A DNA stretch of 57,192 nucleotides, filler included, from Jimgerdemannia flammicorona (Eukaryota): the NCBI GenBank assembly GCA_003990765.1. It is 3 parts of 3 records of this genome, joined end to end, with 100 filler letters (N's around TTAATTAATTAA, not from the genome) between each part and the next. Parts side by side here need not be neighbours in the genome. Positions count along the whole stretch, not along the records: positions 1 to 19,003 come from RBNJ01002053.1; positions 19,104 to 38,098 come from RBNJ01002054.1; 1 more part is not named here. One strand, written 5' to 3'. A model generated the notes under the pieces. The model had not been told where the DNA came from, searched no databases, and worked only from the letters and a program-made list of their open reading frames with translations. The position numbers were made by a program, and so were the translations under genes. Shown in pieces: positions 12,558 to 25,300 of this stretch; the stretch's first letter is position 1; each line of letters starts with the position of its first letter.

Positions 12558-15500
12558 CCAAGCCGAAGAGATGGACCAAGATATGGAGCTGAAGTAAGCA
12601 ATTCAAGATATTATCTGAGAAACCACTCCAGCCAGTGAAGGAGAAAAAGAAAAGAAGCTTCACAAGACCAAGATCTTCAAGTATGATACATATCTTCAAG
12701 GACCTCAGTCAACAAAAGGTCAATGCAACCTTTGGTCAGCTCACAGAAATTCCAACATTCAGATAGCAAATGAGGTTTGGACTTGCTGAAACAACTAAGG
12801 AACAAGGATGGAAGATAACTGAGGCCAATAACGTTCAAGAGGACTCAGAAGAAGAAAGTGAGGACAATTGCAAAACCTCTGTTTATGCAACATGCCAAAT
12901 CGAAGATAGAATCTTTGAAGCCATCATTGATATGGGAGTAGGAGGGTGTCTCCTCAGTAAGAAGGCAGTAGACCACCTAGGTTGAGATGTGAAAGAAGCA
13001 ACTAAGCTGATGTTCGTCACAGCTGATAGTACAAGAGCTACACCTCTGGGAAAGATCTGAGATGTTCCCATTAAGATTGGAGGAGCAACCATCTCAGTAG
13101 ATGTAATTGTAACCAATGCCACCAACTATGATATCCTCATCGGCAATCAATGGCTTCACAAAGCCAAGGCAGTAATCAATCTCAATGCCCAGAAGATGCA
13201 GATCACCTACCAGGGACAGAAGATATGAATTCCCATCAATGTCAACAAAGGAGTCCTGCCTGACATGGAGGAAGAAGAGAGTGAGCAAGAGGAAGCTTAT
13301 GTATATGGTGATTACTCCAAAGAAGAAGAAAGTTAGATGGATAAGTAAAGAAGAATGGTACAAGAAGATTACAGAAGGTTATACCCTACAAGAAGTCTGT
13401 CCTCATAGGATCAAGATGTACTGTATGGAGCATGTTAATGATTGCAACCAGTGCACCATCGGAATCAAGAAGATCTATCAGGAAAGAAGGCAGAAAGCTC
13501 TTGAAAAACAGATCAGAGAAGAAGAGAAGGAGGAAGATGATAAACCACCAGCCCTTCTAGAGGACAGTAATGATGAAGAAGAAATCAAGGTCAAGATTTG
13601 AAAGATCCACCCTAATGCAGTCTTGCCAGAATACAAGTCAGAAAATGTAGCTGGAATGGACATTGCTATAGTAGAAGAAACTGTACTGAAACCCCAGACA
13701 ACCACCCTACTCGCAACTGGACTGGAAATGACCATTCCAAAAGACCATGTCGGGATCCTCAAGACAAAAAGCAGCCTGGCCAGAAGTGAAATTACTATTG
13801 AAGGAGGAGTCATTGATTCAGACTATACTGGAGAAATTCTGCTCATTGCCAGGAATCACAATCCTGCAATTCCATTCCCAGTCAAGAAGAAGGACCGATT
13901 GGCACAGATGTTGATCTTCCCAATCATACAACAAAGGATCATAGAAGTCAAGAATCTGGAGGAAATGAAAAGAGGAAAGAAAGGATTCAGATCCACAGGA
14001 AGAGGAGTATTCACCAGTAACAAGATTACCGAACTTGAGCATAAGAAGGAGAAAAACATAAGCAAGCACAGCTACACTATTAGAAATGAATTTCCACTCA
14101 AGAAAGAACTCAAGAAAATACTCCACGAATTCGAAGATATCCTTGCTATAGATTTCAAGGATATTAAAGAAAAGATCCCACACTACTATCATGAAGTGGA
14201 TACTGGAAATACTGAACCAATTTATCAGAAGGCAAGACCTGTCCCACCAGCCTACCAAGAATGACTCAGAGAAGAAATCAAGCAGATGGAAGAAGCCGGC
14301 ATCATTAAAGAAGCCAGCAGCCTTTGGTTCTCACCTATTGTACTAGCTCCAAAAAAGAGCAGCAAGCCTGGAGAATTTGCCCCAAGACTCTGTGTTGACT
14401 ACAGAAAGCTCAACATGGTTACCAAAAAGGATCACCAACTACTGCCCCTCATCAATGACATCCTCATAATACTGAGAGACGAAGTACAGTACTACAGTAC
14501 TTTGGACTTATACTCAGGATTCCACCAAATTGGACTCATAGACATGGCAAGTGAAAAGTCAGCTTTCATCACCCCAGATAGAACCTACGTCTACCTACGA
14601 ATGCTATTTGGAATGTACAATGCACCAGTAAGTTTCCAGCAAATGATGAATAAAATCTTCCACTATGACATGGGAAGATAGATGATGGTCTATGTTGATG
14701 ATATAATTATCTACAGCCAGACACCAGAAGAACACCTACAGTATATCTGGCAGATAATGGAAAGACTGAGAAAGCATAGCCTATATATCAAGCCCAAAAA
14801 ATGTAAATTTGCAGAAATCAAGATCTCCTATCTTGGCCATATCATTAACTGAGATGGAATACATGGACCCCCTAAGATACAAGCAGTGGCAGCATACCCA
14901 AGACCCACCACTGTTACAGAAGCCCAAGCCTTCATGGGACTTGCTTCCTATTATCGCAGATTTATTAGAGGATTTTCTAATATTGCAGGACCAATCTATG
15001 AACTTAACAAGAAGGATACCAAGTTCCAGTGGACTGGCAGACAACAAAAAGTATTTGATGAACTCAAGGTCAGACTGATCCAGGCACCCATCCTCAGAAG
15101 ACCTGACTGGACTCAAGAATTCATTCTACAGACTGATGTAAGTGTACAAGAACTAGGAGTAGTCCTAGCTCAAAAGAAAGATAAAGTGGAGTATGTCATT
15201 GCATACCTCAGCCGCAGAACCTGAGGAGCTGAAAAAGAATATGAATCCTACAAGTTGGAATGCATTGCAGTCATCTGGGTCATAGAAAAGTTCCACTACT
15301 ACTTGGCTGGAAGATACTTCACCATCCAAACGAACCACTCAGCTCTCACCTGGCTACTGACAACTGGACAACCCAAAGAAATCTATGCCAGATGGATAAT
15401 GAAGCTATAAGCCTATAATGTAACCATTGTATACTGCCCTGAAAGAACACATTCCAATACAGATGCTCTCTCACAGATACTCTGAACTACCTCCAACCAA

Positions 15501-16689
15501 TAAATCAATCATGAATAAGGAGCTCTACTATGGAATTATCACATACCTGGGACAGCAAAAGATGCCCCAACATCTGGAAGAATGGACACAAATGATTATC
15601 AACAGAACATAGAAACAATTCGAAACTGATGGAGAAATACTGAAGAAAGGAAAACTACTAGTCATATCAGAACACAAGAAGGAGCAAGTGATGAAATCAG
15701 TATATAAACTTGGCCATCTAGGAGGAATGAATACATATGACAAGGCAAGAAGAACAATATGGTGGCCAGGGATAAAGGAAGATATCAGACAATTCATCAA
15801 AACCTGCGACAAATGCCAGAAACAGAAACAAGACCAATGAAACCAGGCCCCGGGATCAGCATGTATAGAACCAGTACCATTTGCCCACATAGCAATGGAT
15901 GTAATTGGCCCTCTACCCTTGATCCTGACTGGTAACCGATATATCATTGTCATTATAGACCTTTTTATGAAGTGGATAGAAGCAGGACCTCTCAAGAAAG
16001 CCAATGCACAGTTAATTGCTGATTTCTTCTACAAGGAAATCATCTGCCAGTTCAAGACCTCAACATAAGTAACTATAGATAGAGGAACAGAATTTGTGAA
16101 CCAGCTCTTTGAGGTTCTTTACAAGAAGTACAAGATCTAGCACATTTGGATCACAGTCTATCACCCCCAAGAAAATAGACAAGCAGAAAGGACCAATAAG
16201 ACCCTCAAGAATGTTATTGCCAAGATCTGTGATAACTATGAAAACTGGGATTACTATCTGCCAATAGTATTATCCACTCTCTGGGATATCTGATCACAAA
16301 GTATCCACTTTACCCCTTGAGAAATGCTATTTGGAGAAGAATGTTCTCAGGGAACCCTATCATCTAATAGAGATACTATATGGAAACATGTGGACATGGA
16401 AATATGGAGACTACACCAAATCAGGAAGAAGGCTGAGAATTACATAACCAAGGCACAGACACTACAATAGAGGAATGTGGAAAAGACCCACAAACCCTTG
16501 GAGATTATCAAGATAAGAGACAAAGTCCTAGTATATCGGAATATGGTAGAAGCTTTATGGTCATAAAACTGGAGCCCAAGTAGGAAGGACCTTACCTGGT
16601 GCAAGATATAAAAGGGGCTACAAAAACCCTCAGGCACAATAATTTCCACCACCATTCACCAAAACCGACTCAAGAAATATTATGGCTAG
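12558..16689 (+). pseudogene. pol: Element A gag end plus pol: protease, CPHG module, dUTPase, RT, RNase H, integrase
   Basis: AIIDMGVG (degenerate DTG), GGVIDSDYTGEI, LCVDYRKLN, YVDD at ~14691, LQTDVS, IN zinc finger GHLG...CDKC, GPY; ends RLKKYYG* at 16689. Confidence 0.9.
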
Positions 16690-17068
16690 TAACAAAAGTA
16701 CTGCAATGGCACTCAAGATCACTAGCACTGCCCAAAGAGCCATTGAGAGACAATGGTGCACCACCAAGCCTCCAACCATAGAGAAGTCTTATGACAGTAT
16801 CCAAAGCATCATGTAGACTCATCTCTCTCAAATCTCACACTTTAAGGCCTATCAGCATCGAAACGAATTTCAAGAGTACTTCAAACTTGGCCAAGTACTC
16901 AACTAAGACCCAGAAATAACCAAAGAAAATTGGATCACAGAATACCAGCTCTCTTATTCCTAGATCACTATTGCTAAGAGAATCCACAAGCTATTCTGAG
17001 AAAATGAACCAGCACTAGCCCATGCGACACCATTGGAAAACAGTAATACAACAAATCACACAATATAA
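16682..17068 (+). pseudogene. Element A accessory ORF between integrase and 3' LTR, homologous to the LTR ORFs of B/C/D/E
   Basis: MASNKST...QRAIERQW...FQEYFKLGQVL...ITIAKRIHKLF*ENEPALAH, with 4 internal stops; its ATG overlaps the end of IN. Confidence 0.62.
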
Positions 17069-17142
17069 GACCATACAGACCATTGAAGCCTGGGAGTTTG
17101 AATAGATGCTTTAGGGACAAGATCATCTATTCAAGAGGAAGT

Positions 17143-17601
17143 TGTAATGGTATAGCCAGATTCAGAAGAAGGAAATAGAGAACAGATACTTGATCACACC
17201 CAGTCCCAAAGTAGTATAGCTACATAGTTAGCAGTCCTCAATTTCACCACTTGCTAAATATTTTACAAAGTATGAGATTGAGTTTCTTGATTTAGTATAG
17301 CATTTCGCAACTAGCAAAATATTTCACAAAGTGTTAAATAACTCATAACTTAGCCACATAACTCAGTAACCATCTCATAGCTAGCAAACTTGTATAAATA
17401 ACCCAATATCTTCAAGTGAATAAACCTCAGATCGAAATAGTTCAAAGCAAAGAGATAGCAAAGGAACTAGTAAGTCTGTAGGCAGATATACTTCGAACTC
17501 ACCCACCCTCCCCTGCAAACTCAAAGGACTCTGAGAAGTTAGAGAAGATCAAGTTTTCAAGATACAGAAATCTGATATACTTTCAAATCTGCTACATTAC
17601 A
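17143..17601 (+). repeat. 3' LTR of element A
   Basis: TGTAATGGTATAGCC...GCTACATTACA. Confidence 0.92.
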
Positions 17602-17699
17602 ATATATTAAATAGACTATTTTAGTATATAATATTAGTAATATTATTAATATTATAGTTTATTTTTAATTTATAATATATTAAGATTATAGATTATTAA

Positions 17700-18111
17700 T
17701 ATTAGTATTTCTAAATAAATTAAATTAAGATCTAATTTGATTTAAAATTAAAGTTAAACTTTGAAATATAATAACTTGATAGAAATATAACTATATTTAA
17801 TAATTTTTATTATATTTGATTCTTCTAATAAAATGAGTAATACTCTTAATGAATTAAATTAAATCAAAGATCAATTCAAATTGAATCAAAGGTTAATTCA
17901 ATTTAAAATTTAATTCAAATACTATTTTTTGAAATGTAATAACTTGACAAAAATATATCCAAATTTAACAATCTTTAGCTTGTTAGATTTCCCTATATAA
18001 GAGGAATCTAACAAGCTTATGTAAGATCATTAAATTTGGATATGTTTTCATTGAGTTATTATATTTTGAACTTTAAAATCCCCAATTTGATTTGATTCAT
18101 TTGGAAGTGCT
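17700..18111. mobile_element. Degenerate palindromic hAT-type MITE copies (half copy ~17700-17830; copy ~17837-18111)
   Basis: Same hairpin core GTTAGATTTCCCTATATAAGAGGAATCTAAC and TTTGAT/ATCAAA arms as 30065-30421. Confidence 0.65.
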
Positions 18112-18513
18112 TAAAATGAGGTTAATATATAAGCTAAAATTTATCAACTTATTAAATTAATTCATTCTGAGTACTAATTGATATTATAAACTATTTTAGC
18201 TTATAATATCATTGACATCATTGAGCAATTTTTAACAATAATATTAATAATATTAATAATATAATAGAGCTGAAACAAGTGCAAAATTATTATAATCTTA
18301 TTTATATCATTAACTCTTTTAGTGTGGTGACATGATCTAATAATGCATCATTGTGACACCAGAGTGTTAATTCATTACAAGCATGATTGGAGAATTTTGT
18401 TCAAGAGAGTAACTGTGTCCGTTTTGCCGGTGTTGGTTGTACGCGATGAGATGCCGGATTCAATTGCAAGCAGTGCGGCTAAAAATTGCAGAAGGAAGAT
18501 TTTTCAAACATAC

Positions 18514-18705
18514 CAAATAGCGAATCTGACGGATCCTTGAGCGACGTAGCCATCGCGGAGGTGGACGAAAACGTTGGTCCCGCCGAAGTGACTGTCGATG
18601 ACATACGAGTAGTCGACACCCCTCTCCCAGCAAATCCTGGGTCGGTATATCGAAAGGGATCCATTCGGCACCGGTGGCGAAATCCCAGCTGATAGCGAAA
18701 TCCAT
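18514..18705 (-). pseudogene. Small WWE-like host gene exon with an apparent frameshift
   Basis: CpG-rich island; A-rich leader then ATG; MDFAISWDFATGAEWIPFDIPTQ changes frame to WERGVDYSYVIDSHFGGTNVFVHLRDGYVAQGSVRFAI, followed by a GTATGT donor at 18513. The WWE resemblance is by eye only. Confidence 0.35.
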
Positions 18706-19003
18706 TGTTTTTGTATTTGGTTGGTTGGTTTGTTACTTTGTTTTTTGTTTTTTTGTCTTAAGAACTGTAGAAATCACAAGTGCTTCTCAGCTATCTGACT
18801 GTGGCAGGTGTGGCTTGAGAGACACCGTCCGTCATCAACCACACTAACCGTTCCCCTCCTCTGGATGTAGGTTAAGTTGCTGGTAGATTATTCCTCCAGT
18901 GACAAGCTCTATTTTTAGGCCACGATCATCGTCAGCCGGTCCAAAATTAATTGCAACCCAGTCCAAAATAGGCCTGTGGCGGGACGTCCGCGAGGTGAAT
19001 CTT

Positions 19004-19103
19004 NNNNNNNNNNNNNNNNNNNNNNNNNNNNNNNNNNNNNNNNNNNNTTAATTAATTAANNNNNNNNNNNNNNNNNNNNNNNNNNNNNNNNNNNNNNNNN
19101 NNN
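19004..19103. other. Assembly gap with artificial TTAATTAATTAA linker
   Basis: 44 N + 12-nt six-frame stop linker + 44 N; identical at 38099-38198. Confidence 0.97.
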
Positions 19104-19499
19104 TTTTTTTAATATACTTTGACTGAGTTTTGAGTTTATATAGTTTTTATATTTTTTAAAAAAAAGATTTATTATACATATTAGAAATTATATTTTGAAG
19201 CTAAAGTTGATAGTTCTCAAGTTATTATAACTAAGTTAAAAATTCTAAAAGAGAAGTAAACTGGATTTTTTATTATTATATTTTAATTATCTGTCTCAAT
19301 TATTATTTCTAATTATTATTCATTATTCTGCCTTAATTATTATTTATTATTTTATCTTAATTATTAATTATTATTCTATTTTAATTATTATAGTACTCTG
19401 TAAACTCAACTTAATTAATCTGAAATCTGACCTATAAAACAGCTATCTGGAATTAAATATCATCTATCTTTAACTTAATCTAGAATTATATATCACCTA

Positions 19500-20070
19500 T
19501 CTTTAACCTAGTACCCCCAGAACTATTCTCACAGTAACTGCTAGATCCCAGAAGTACAATGTGATGAAAAATTTAGATACTAATTTCTTGAGTAATGGCA
19601 CTACCACCAGGCCTATTATACTATCAGCCAGGTCTCTAGGCCTCATGCTCTGCCCCTGTCTAGCCCCACTATCAGCTATTATATCTAGATTTTTTTTCAG
19701 ATTAGTAGTCTCCCCTCTATCAGTAGTCTCACTCTCCCCAGCTACATATGACTTCTCTAGCCCTGTCACTCCTACTCTCAGGGGTCTCTCTACCAGACCC
19801 TATATCTCTCTTCTTTCTCTTATCACCCTACAGCCAGGTCCCTAGGCCTATCAATGAGTGCCCAGCCTTGATCTTATCAGTAAAGCTCACTCTTCCAGTC
19901 CCCTGACTTCTAGCATCACCTCCTTCTCTTCCATATCCTCCAGTCAGTGAGTCTAACAGACTACTCTCCAAGTCATAACTCCTCTCCACATACTATCAGT
20001 CAAATGTACTGGAGCCACCCTGTCTAGCACTCCTTTAATCTCTTGTTAGTTACTATGATATTACCATCTT
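19500..20070 (-). mobile_element. Probable 5'/ORF1 fragment of a LINE related to 31173-36900
   Basis: Same C-rich + strand skew; weak similarity LVSKFF...VRIVLGVLG vs LVVHPFF...LVNFLGLG. Confidence 0.3.
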
Positions 20071-20688
20071 TTCTCTAAAAACTATGTTAAAAGTATTATT
20101 AGAAGTTTGTATAATATGAATTATAGTAGAGAGAGATGCCCAGCAAATACCCTGCACTTATTAAACTAGGAGACAACAATGTCATCTATACTCAAGAAAA
20201 GAGAAATATTAGGATATATCTCTATAGCAATAATGCAAAATCTGCTAGTATCTTTCTAGTTATATATATTATATATTCCAGAAATCAGCAAAAATCTCTT
20301 TTTGATGAGAAAAATGATGTCCTACAATAATAAAGAAATATATATATTATCACATAGTAGTTGCTGAGTCCTTCAAATATACCAGATTCTCTTCAAGGTA
20401 TATCTCTTAGACTAACTCAAGTTTGTTATAAATAAGTTCTTATTGGAGTGCCTTCCCAAGGTCTTATAGTCCTCAAACTTCTTATCTTTAACTGTCTTGT
20501 TATCTCTTAGATTGCTTGTAAGGAAGTGTGTATATTGTACTGAGAAGACTGACTTTATTTCAGGGGAAATAAGAGGAGTATTTATACAAAATACAATTCA
20601 ATGGTTACTAAGATATAAAGCTAAATATAAATTCCAATTACTAAAACTACTAAGTTCTAGGGCTGGCATTGATGATTATATAGGTTCA

Positions 20689-20888
20689 GGATGCTGGCAT
20701 TATTTAGTATCATATCAAAATGTCAGTGCTGGAACAATTTCGCATCACCTCAGAATACCAGTGCTGGCATTATCCAGTGTTACATGAGAATACCAGTGCT
20801 GGAACAATTTCGCATCACCTCAGAATACCAGTGCTGGCATTATCCAGTGTTACATGAGAATACCAGTGCTGGCATTATCTAGTGTAAC
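20689..20888. repeat. 35-bp tandem repeat (~6 units, alternating 70-bp higher-order unit) in the C LTR U3
   Basis: CAGTGCTGG recurs at 20724, 20759, 20794, 20829 and 20864. Confidence 0.9.
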
Positions 20889-20895
20889 AAAGAAC

Positions 20896-21723
20896 TTAGA
20901 GCAGAAAGTTCAGGATTATGAAGGCTTCATCATCATCATCATCACTGAAGGAGATGAGGTCCATGAATTCATTGTGCAGGCCATGTGTCTTGCGTACTTT
21001 GTGTGCTTTGGGTATGTCGTGTGGGATGACATCATCACCAATGACATCATCATGTTTGGCAGGGAAATTGGGAACAAGGTCTGGAGCTCTCCAGTCTATA
21101 AGGTTCTCTTCTACAAAATAGGAGACAAATGTGGGGTCTTGGGGAGATCTAACCCAGATACTTGGGCCTTGGAATACTGAGATCAATCCTTACAGGAATT
21201 GGTCTGGGTTGTCCTGAAGGATAGGGTGCCAGAAGTCTTCTACTTCTTCACTGTTGAGGGTGATAGTGGACTGGGCTTCTGTAGCCACTCTGGCTTCTAG
21301 CATATTGATATGGTGGAATGATAGATCTCTGAAGTCTGAGACTCTAACATACTCCAAGTTGGGGATTGACCATAGTACATGCCTGAAGATCTGATAGATC
21401 TTCTTAGCTGCTCTTATTTCATATATATCCATGGGAGTGGCATCTTGTAGCTCTTGGGTGCTGGCCTCTGGGAACTCCTGGCAGAGGAGGTTTCCTATTT
21501 CATACTCCTGCCACATTTGGAGGCATTCAGTAGCAATGGTGATCCTTGTTTCCATTTCACAGCAGTAGAGAATAAAGTGATAAGGGTCTGCAGTATCCAG
21601 GTTAACACTGGGAGTCCTTCTTGTGTGGGTCTCCATGACTCTTCTGATGTCTTGGAACATTCTTTCCTCAACTGAGATATCTTGGTAATTCCTTGACCTT
21701 GAGGTTTGGCAGGTAGCAGGCAT
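20896..21723 (-). pseudogene. LTR-encoded accessory ORF of the C/D family (275 codons, one internal stop)
   Basis: ORFs 21723-21190 and 21186-20896 are in frame; the TAA is CAA in the D 5' LTR (QFLQGL, ~46040). Confidence 0.8.
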
Positions 21724-22320
21724 TTCATTTGTGATAAGTCTTTGAGCTATTTTGGGATTGGTGGTTCTTATTGGTTACTACTACTGTGGTTCCTTGATTC
21801 TTCTTTTATATTCTTCAGGATACTTGTGCTATAGACACAATGACTCACAGTTGGTCATCATTACTCATCTTGTATGCCATATAATCTTCTTGTGCTCCGA
21901 TCTGGTGGCTTGTAAGGAAAAGCTGTCTCCTGTGCTGATGTCATTATTCTGGGGTCACTGTTATATCTTCCTCCTGAATAAAGATCTTCCTGAATATCTT
22001 TATTCATTAGTTCAGTCCTGAAAAATTTGCTAATCCCATAACCTCTGGCAAGGGGTCAAAAATTGGTATTTATGGGCTGGTGTCTTCCCTTTATATTTTG
22101 GCATAATGGTGAAGAGTCGCTCCCTTCATATAGAGCAAGGGCCTGATTCTGATCTTGATCAATCAGTTGACAGTTCGAACTCCTCTGACTTCAAAAGTCT
22201 CATGGATGAGTAGTTGCCAGTGCTGTATTTCTTAGAGAATGGTCCAGACAGATAGCCTGCTGGTCACGGGACATGCTGTTACAATTCGCGGACTAGAACC
22301 TCGTAGGTGGTCATCATGTA

Positions 22321-25300
22321 TTACTTCTCTTGTATAGGTTCGTGGTACTTCTTGAGTCTGTTCCTATGTACTATAGTAGGCAGTATGGTCCCTGAGATTT
22401 TTCTAAGCCAGAAGGTAGTTCTCTTGATATCTTGCACATAGAAGAGTCCTTCTCATTTGGGCTCCAGTTTTCATGACCATGAGGTTTCTACTATATTTAG
22501 ATATAGTAGAATCTTTTCTCCAATTCAGATGGGTTCTAGGGTCTTGTGATTCTTTTCCGCATTCTTCCTTGTCAGTGCTTATAACTTGGTAATGTAATCA
22601 TTAGCCTTCTTCCTGATTTGGTGTAGTCTCTGGATTTCTGCATCAACCCATCTCTAAGTTAGGTCTAGATTTGTGACTGAGGTTCCATCAGAATCTTCTT
22701 CTCTGAAGAGCAGCTCTCTTGGGGTAAAATGTGTGCTCTGTGACCATATATCTCATAGGACAGAGAGGGCAGTTGGGAGATAGTTATTCCAATTCTCATA
22801 TGTCTCTGAGATCTTCGCTAGGATGTTCTTGAGAGTCTTATTGGTTCTTTCTGTCTGTCCATTTCCTTGAGGGTGGTATGTGGTGGTCTTGATGTGCTGG
22901 ATCTTGTATTGCTGATATATTATCTCATGGAATCCATTGACAAATTCCGTTCCATGGTCTGTTGTGATTTGCTTTGGTATCTTGTAGTGGCAGATGATTT
23001 CGGTGCAGGAAGTCAGCTATAGAGAGAGCATTGGCTTCTTGTAATGCTCCTGCCTCTATCCATTTGGTGAAGAGGTCTAAAATAACTATAATATAGCAGT
23101 TTCCTGATAGTATTACTGGTAGTGGTCCAATGATATCCATTGTAATGTGGTGGAAGGGGATAGGCTCAATTCTTGATGACCCAGGTACCTGGTCTTGCTG
23201 ATCTTGTTTCTGTTTTTAGCACTTGTCACACCCTTTGACAAATTGGTGTAGGTCTTCTTCCATCTTGGGCCACCACATAGTTCTTCTTATCTTATCATAT
23301 GTATTGGTTCCTCCTAAGTATCCTTGCTCGTGTACTTCCTTCATTACTTGATACTTCTTGTGTTCGGGTATTACTAGCTTTCCTCCTTTTCTGAGTATAG
23401 TATTGTCTAATTCAAACTGTTTCCAAGTCTGGTTGATAATGGTGATTGTCCAGGGTTCGAGGTGGTTAGGCATCTTCTGCTACCCAAGGTAGCTGATTAT
23501 TCCATAGTATAGCTCCTTATTCATATTGAATAGTCTTGATGGGGGTGTTTCGGGGTGTCCTTGAGAGTGTGTCGGCATTGGTATTGGTCTTTCCTGAGCA
23601 GTGCTTGATAGTACAGTCATACTCTTGCAGCCTGTAGATCTATCTGGCATATATTCCTTTGGGGTTCAGAGTGTGGAATAGCCAGGCAAGAGCAGAATGG
23701 TCTGTTTGAATGGTGAAGTATTTCCTGGCTAGGTAGTAGTGGAACTTGTCTACTGCCCAGACTACTGCTAAGCATTCAAGCTTGTATGACTCATAGTTCT
23801 GTTCTGCTCCATGGGTACTTCAGCTTGTGTAGAAGATGATATATTCATATCCATCTTTCTTCTGAGCTAGGACTGCTCCAAGTCCTATAGCACTTGCATC
23901 TGTCTGCAGGATGAATTCTAGGTTCCAGTCTGGTCTTCTGAGGATAGGTGCTTGGGTCAACCTGCTCTTGAGTTCATTAAAGGTTTCTTGGTGCTCCTTG
24001 GTTCATTCAAATTTGGTTTTCTTCTTCAGTAACTCATAGATAGGTGCTGCAATATTGGAGTATCCTTTGATGAATCTTCTGTAGTAGCTGGCCAGTCCAA
24101 GGAAGGCGTGGACTTCTGTAGTTGTTCTGGGTCTTGGGTAGACTGCAACAGCCTTGATCTTCATGGAGTCTGTATGGATTCCAGTCTGGTTGATGAGGTG
24201 TCCTAGGTAGGCAATTTCTTGAGCTGCAAACTTGCATTTCTTGGGCTTAATGTAGAGGCCATGCTCCTTGAGCTTCTTGAGGGCTAGCTGTATGTGATTG
24301 ACATGTTCCTGTACAGTATTGCTGAAGATGATCACATCATCAACATAGACAAAGAGCCATTTTCCAATATCGTTACTGAAGACTCTGTTTATCATTCGCT
24401 GGAAACTTGCTAGGGCATTGCACATTCCAAATGGCATTTGCAGGTAGATATAGGTGGCATCAGGTGTGATGAAGGCTGATTTCTCACTGACATCTTGAGT
24501 GAGACTAATCTGATAGAAGTCTGAGAACAGATCCAAGGTGGTGTAGTATTTGGCTTTGCTTCCAAGAGTAGTAAGGATCTCTTGAATATTTGGCAAGGGC
24601 TGCCTATCCTTCTTGGTGATGGCATTGAGCTTCCTGTAGTCAATGCAGAGTCTTGGCGCAAACTCTCTAGGCTTGCTTCCTTTCTTTGGAGCAAGGACAA
24701 TGGGTGAGGCCCAGGGGCTGATAGCTTGCTTGATGATTCCGGCTTCTTCCATTTTCTTGAGTTCTGCTTGCAGCCATTCTCTGTAGGCAGGTAGTATGGG
24801 TCTGGCTTTCTGGTAGATGGGCTTGGTATCACCAGTGTCAACTTTATGGTAGTACTTGGGTTCTTGATTATGAATATCCCTAAAGTCTGTAGCAAGTACT
24901 CCTTTGTTCTGGTACAGGATCTTGAGAAGTTATTCCTCCAGGGGAAAGTTTTCTCCAATGATATATGTGTGCTTGTTCTGGTCCTTGTCTTTCTTGTGCT
25001 CAAGTTCAGTAATCTTGGTGGCAGCATAGGCTCCTCTTCCAGTAGATCCAAAGCCTTGTTCTCCTCTCTTGGTCTTGATGAGTTTGATGGCTTCTATGAT
25101 CTTGGGCTTCTTGATTTCATGGATCAGCATCTGGTCAATCCTGTCATACTTCTTGACTTTGAATGGGGTGGTGGAGTTGTGATTCCGATCTATGAGGAAG
25201 ATCTCATCAGTATAATCAGGGTCAATTACTCCTCCTTCAACTGAGATTTCACTTTTGGCCAGACTGCTCCTGGTCTTGATAATTCTGGCATAGTTCTCTG

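Larger units (their letters stand above)
263..17601 (+). mobile_element. Element A: degenerate Ty3/gypsy LTR retrotransposon with dUTPase, no chromodomain; interrupted by element B
   Basis: Direct LTRs 263-729 and 17143-17601 (TG...CA); PBS-like TGGTGTCTATTGG from 733; purine tract TCAAGAGGAAGT before the 3' LTR; order gag-PR-dUTPase-RT-RH-IN; ATAT(AT) on both flanks. Confidence 0.93.
20348..21965 (-). repeat. 3' LTR of element C
   Basis: Colinear with 27653-29203 and 45289-48315; TATA at 20578-20587. Confidence 0.9.

Noticed and set aside
19004..19103. TTAATTAATTAA palindrome inside N runs (also 38099-38198)
   Set aside because: Scaffolding linker, not biology; adjacency across these gaps is unproven.
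20724..20888. Regularly spaced repeats resembling a CRISPR array
   Set aside because: The 'spacers' are themselves repeated, the array lies in a eukaryotic LTR, and there are no cas genes.
21980..22320. Possible extra ORF between IN and the 3' LTR of C/D (LLIHETFEVRGVRTV...)
   Set aside because: All frames have several stops and I could not fix a frame; needs a multi-copy consensus.
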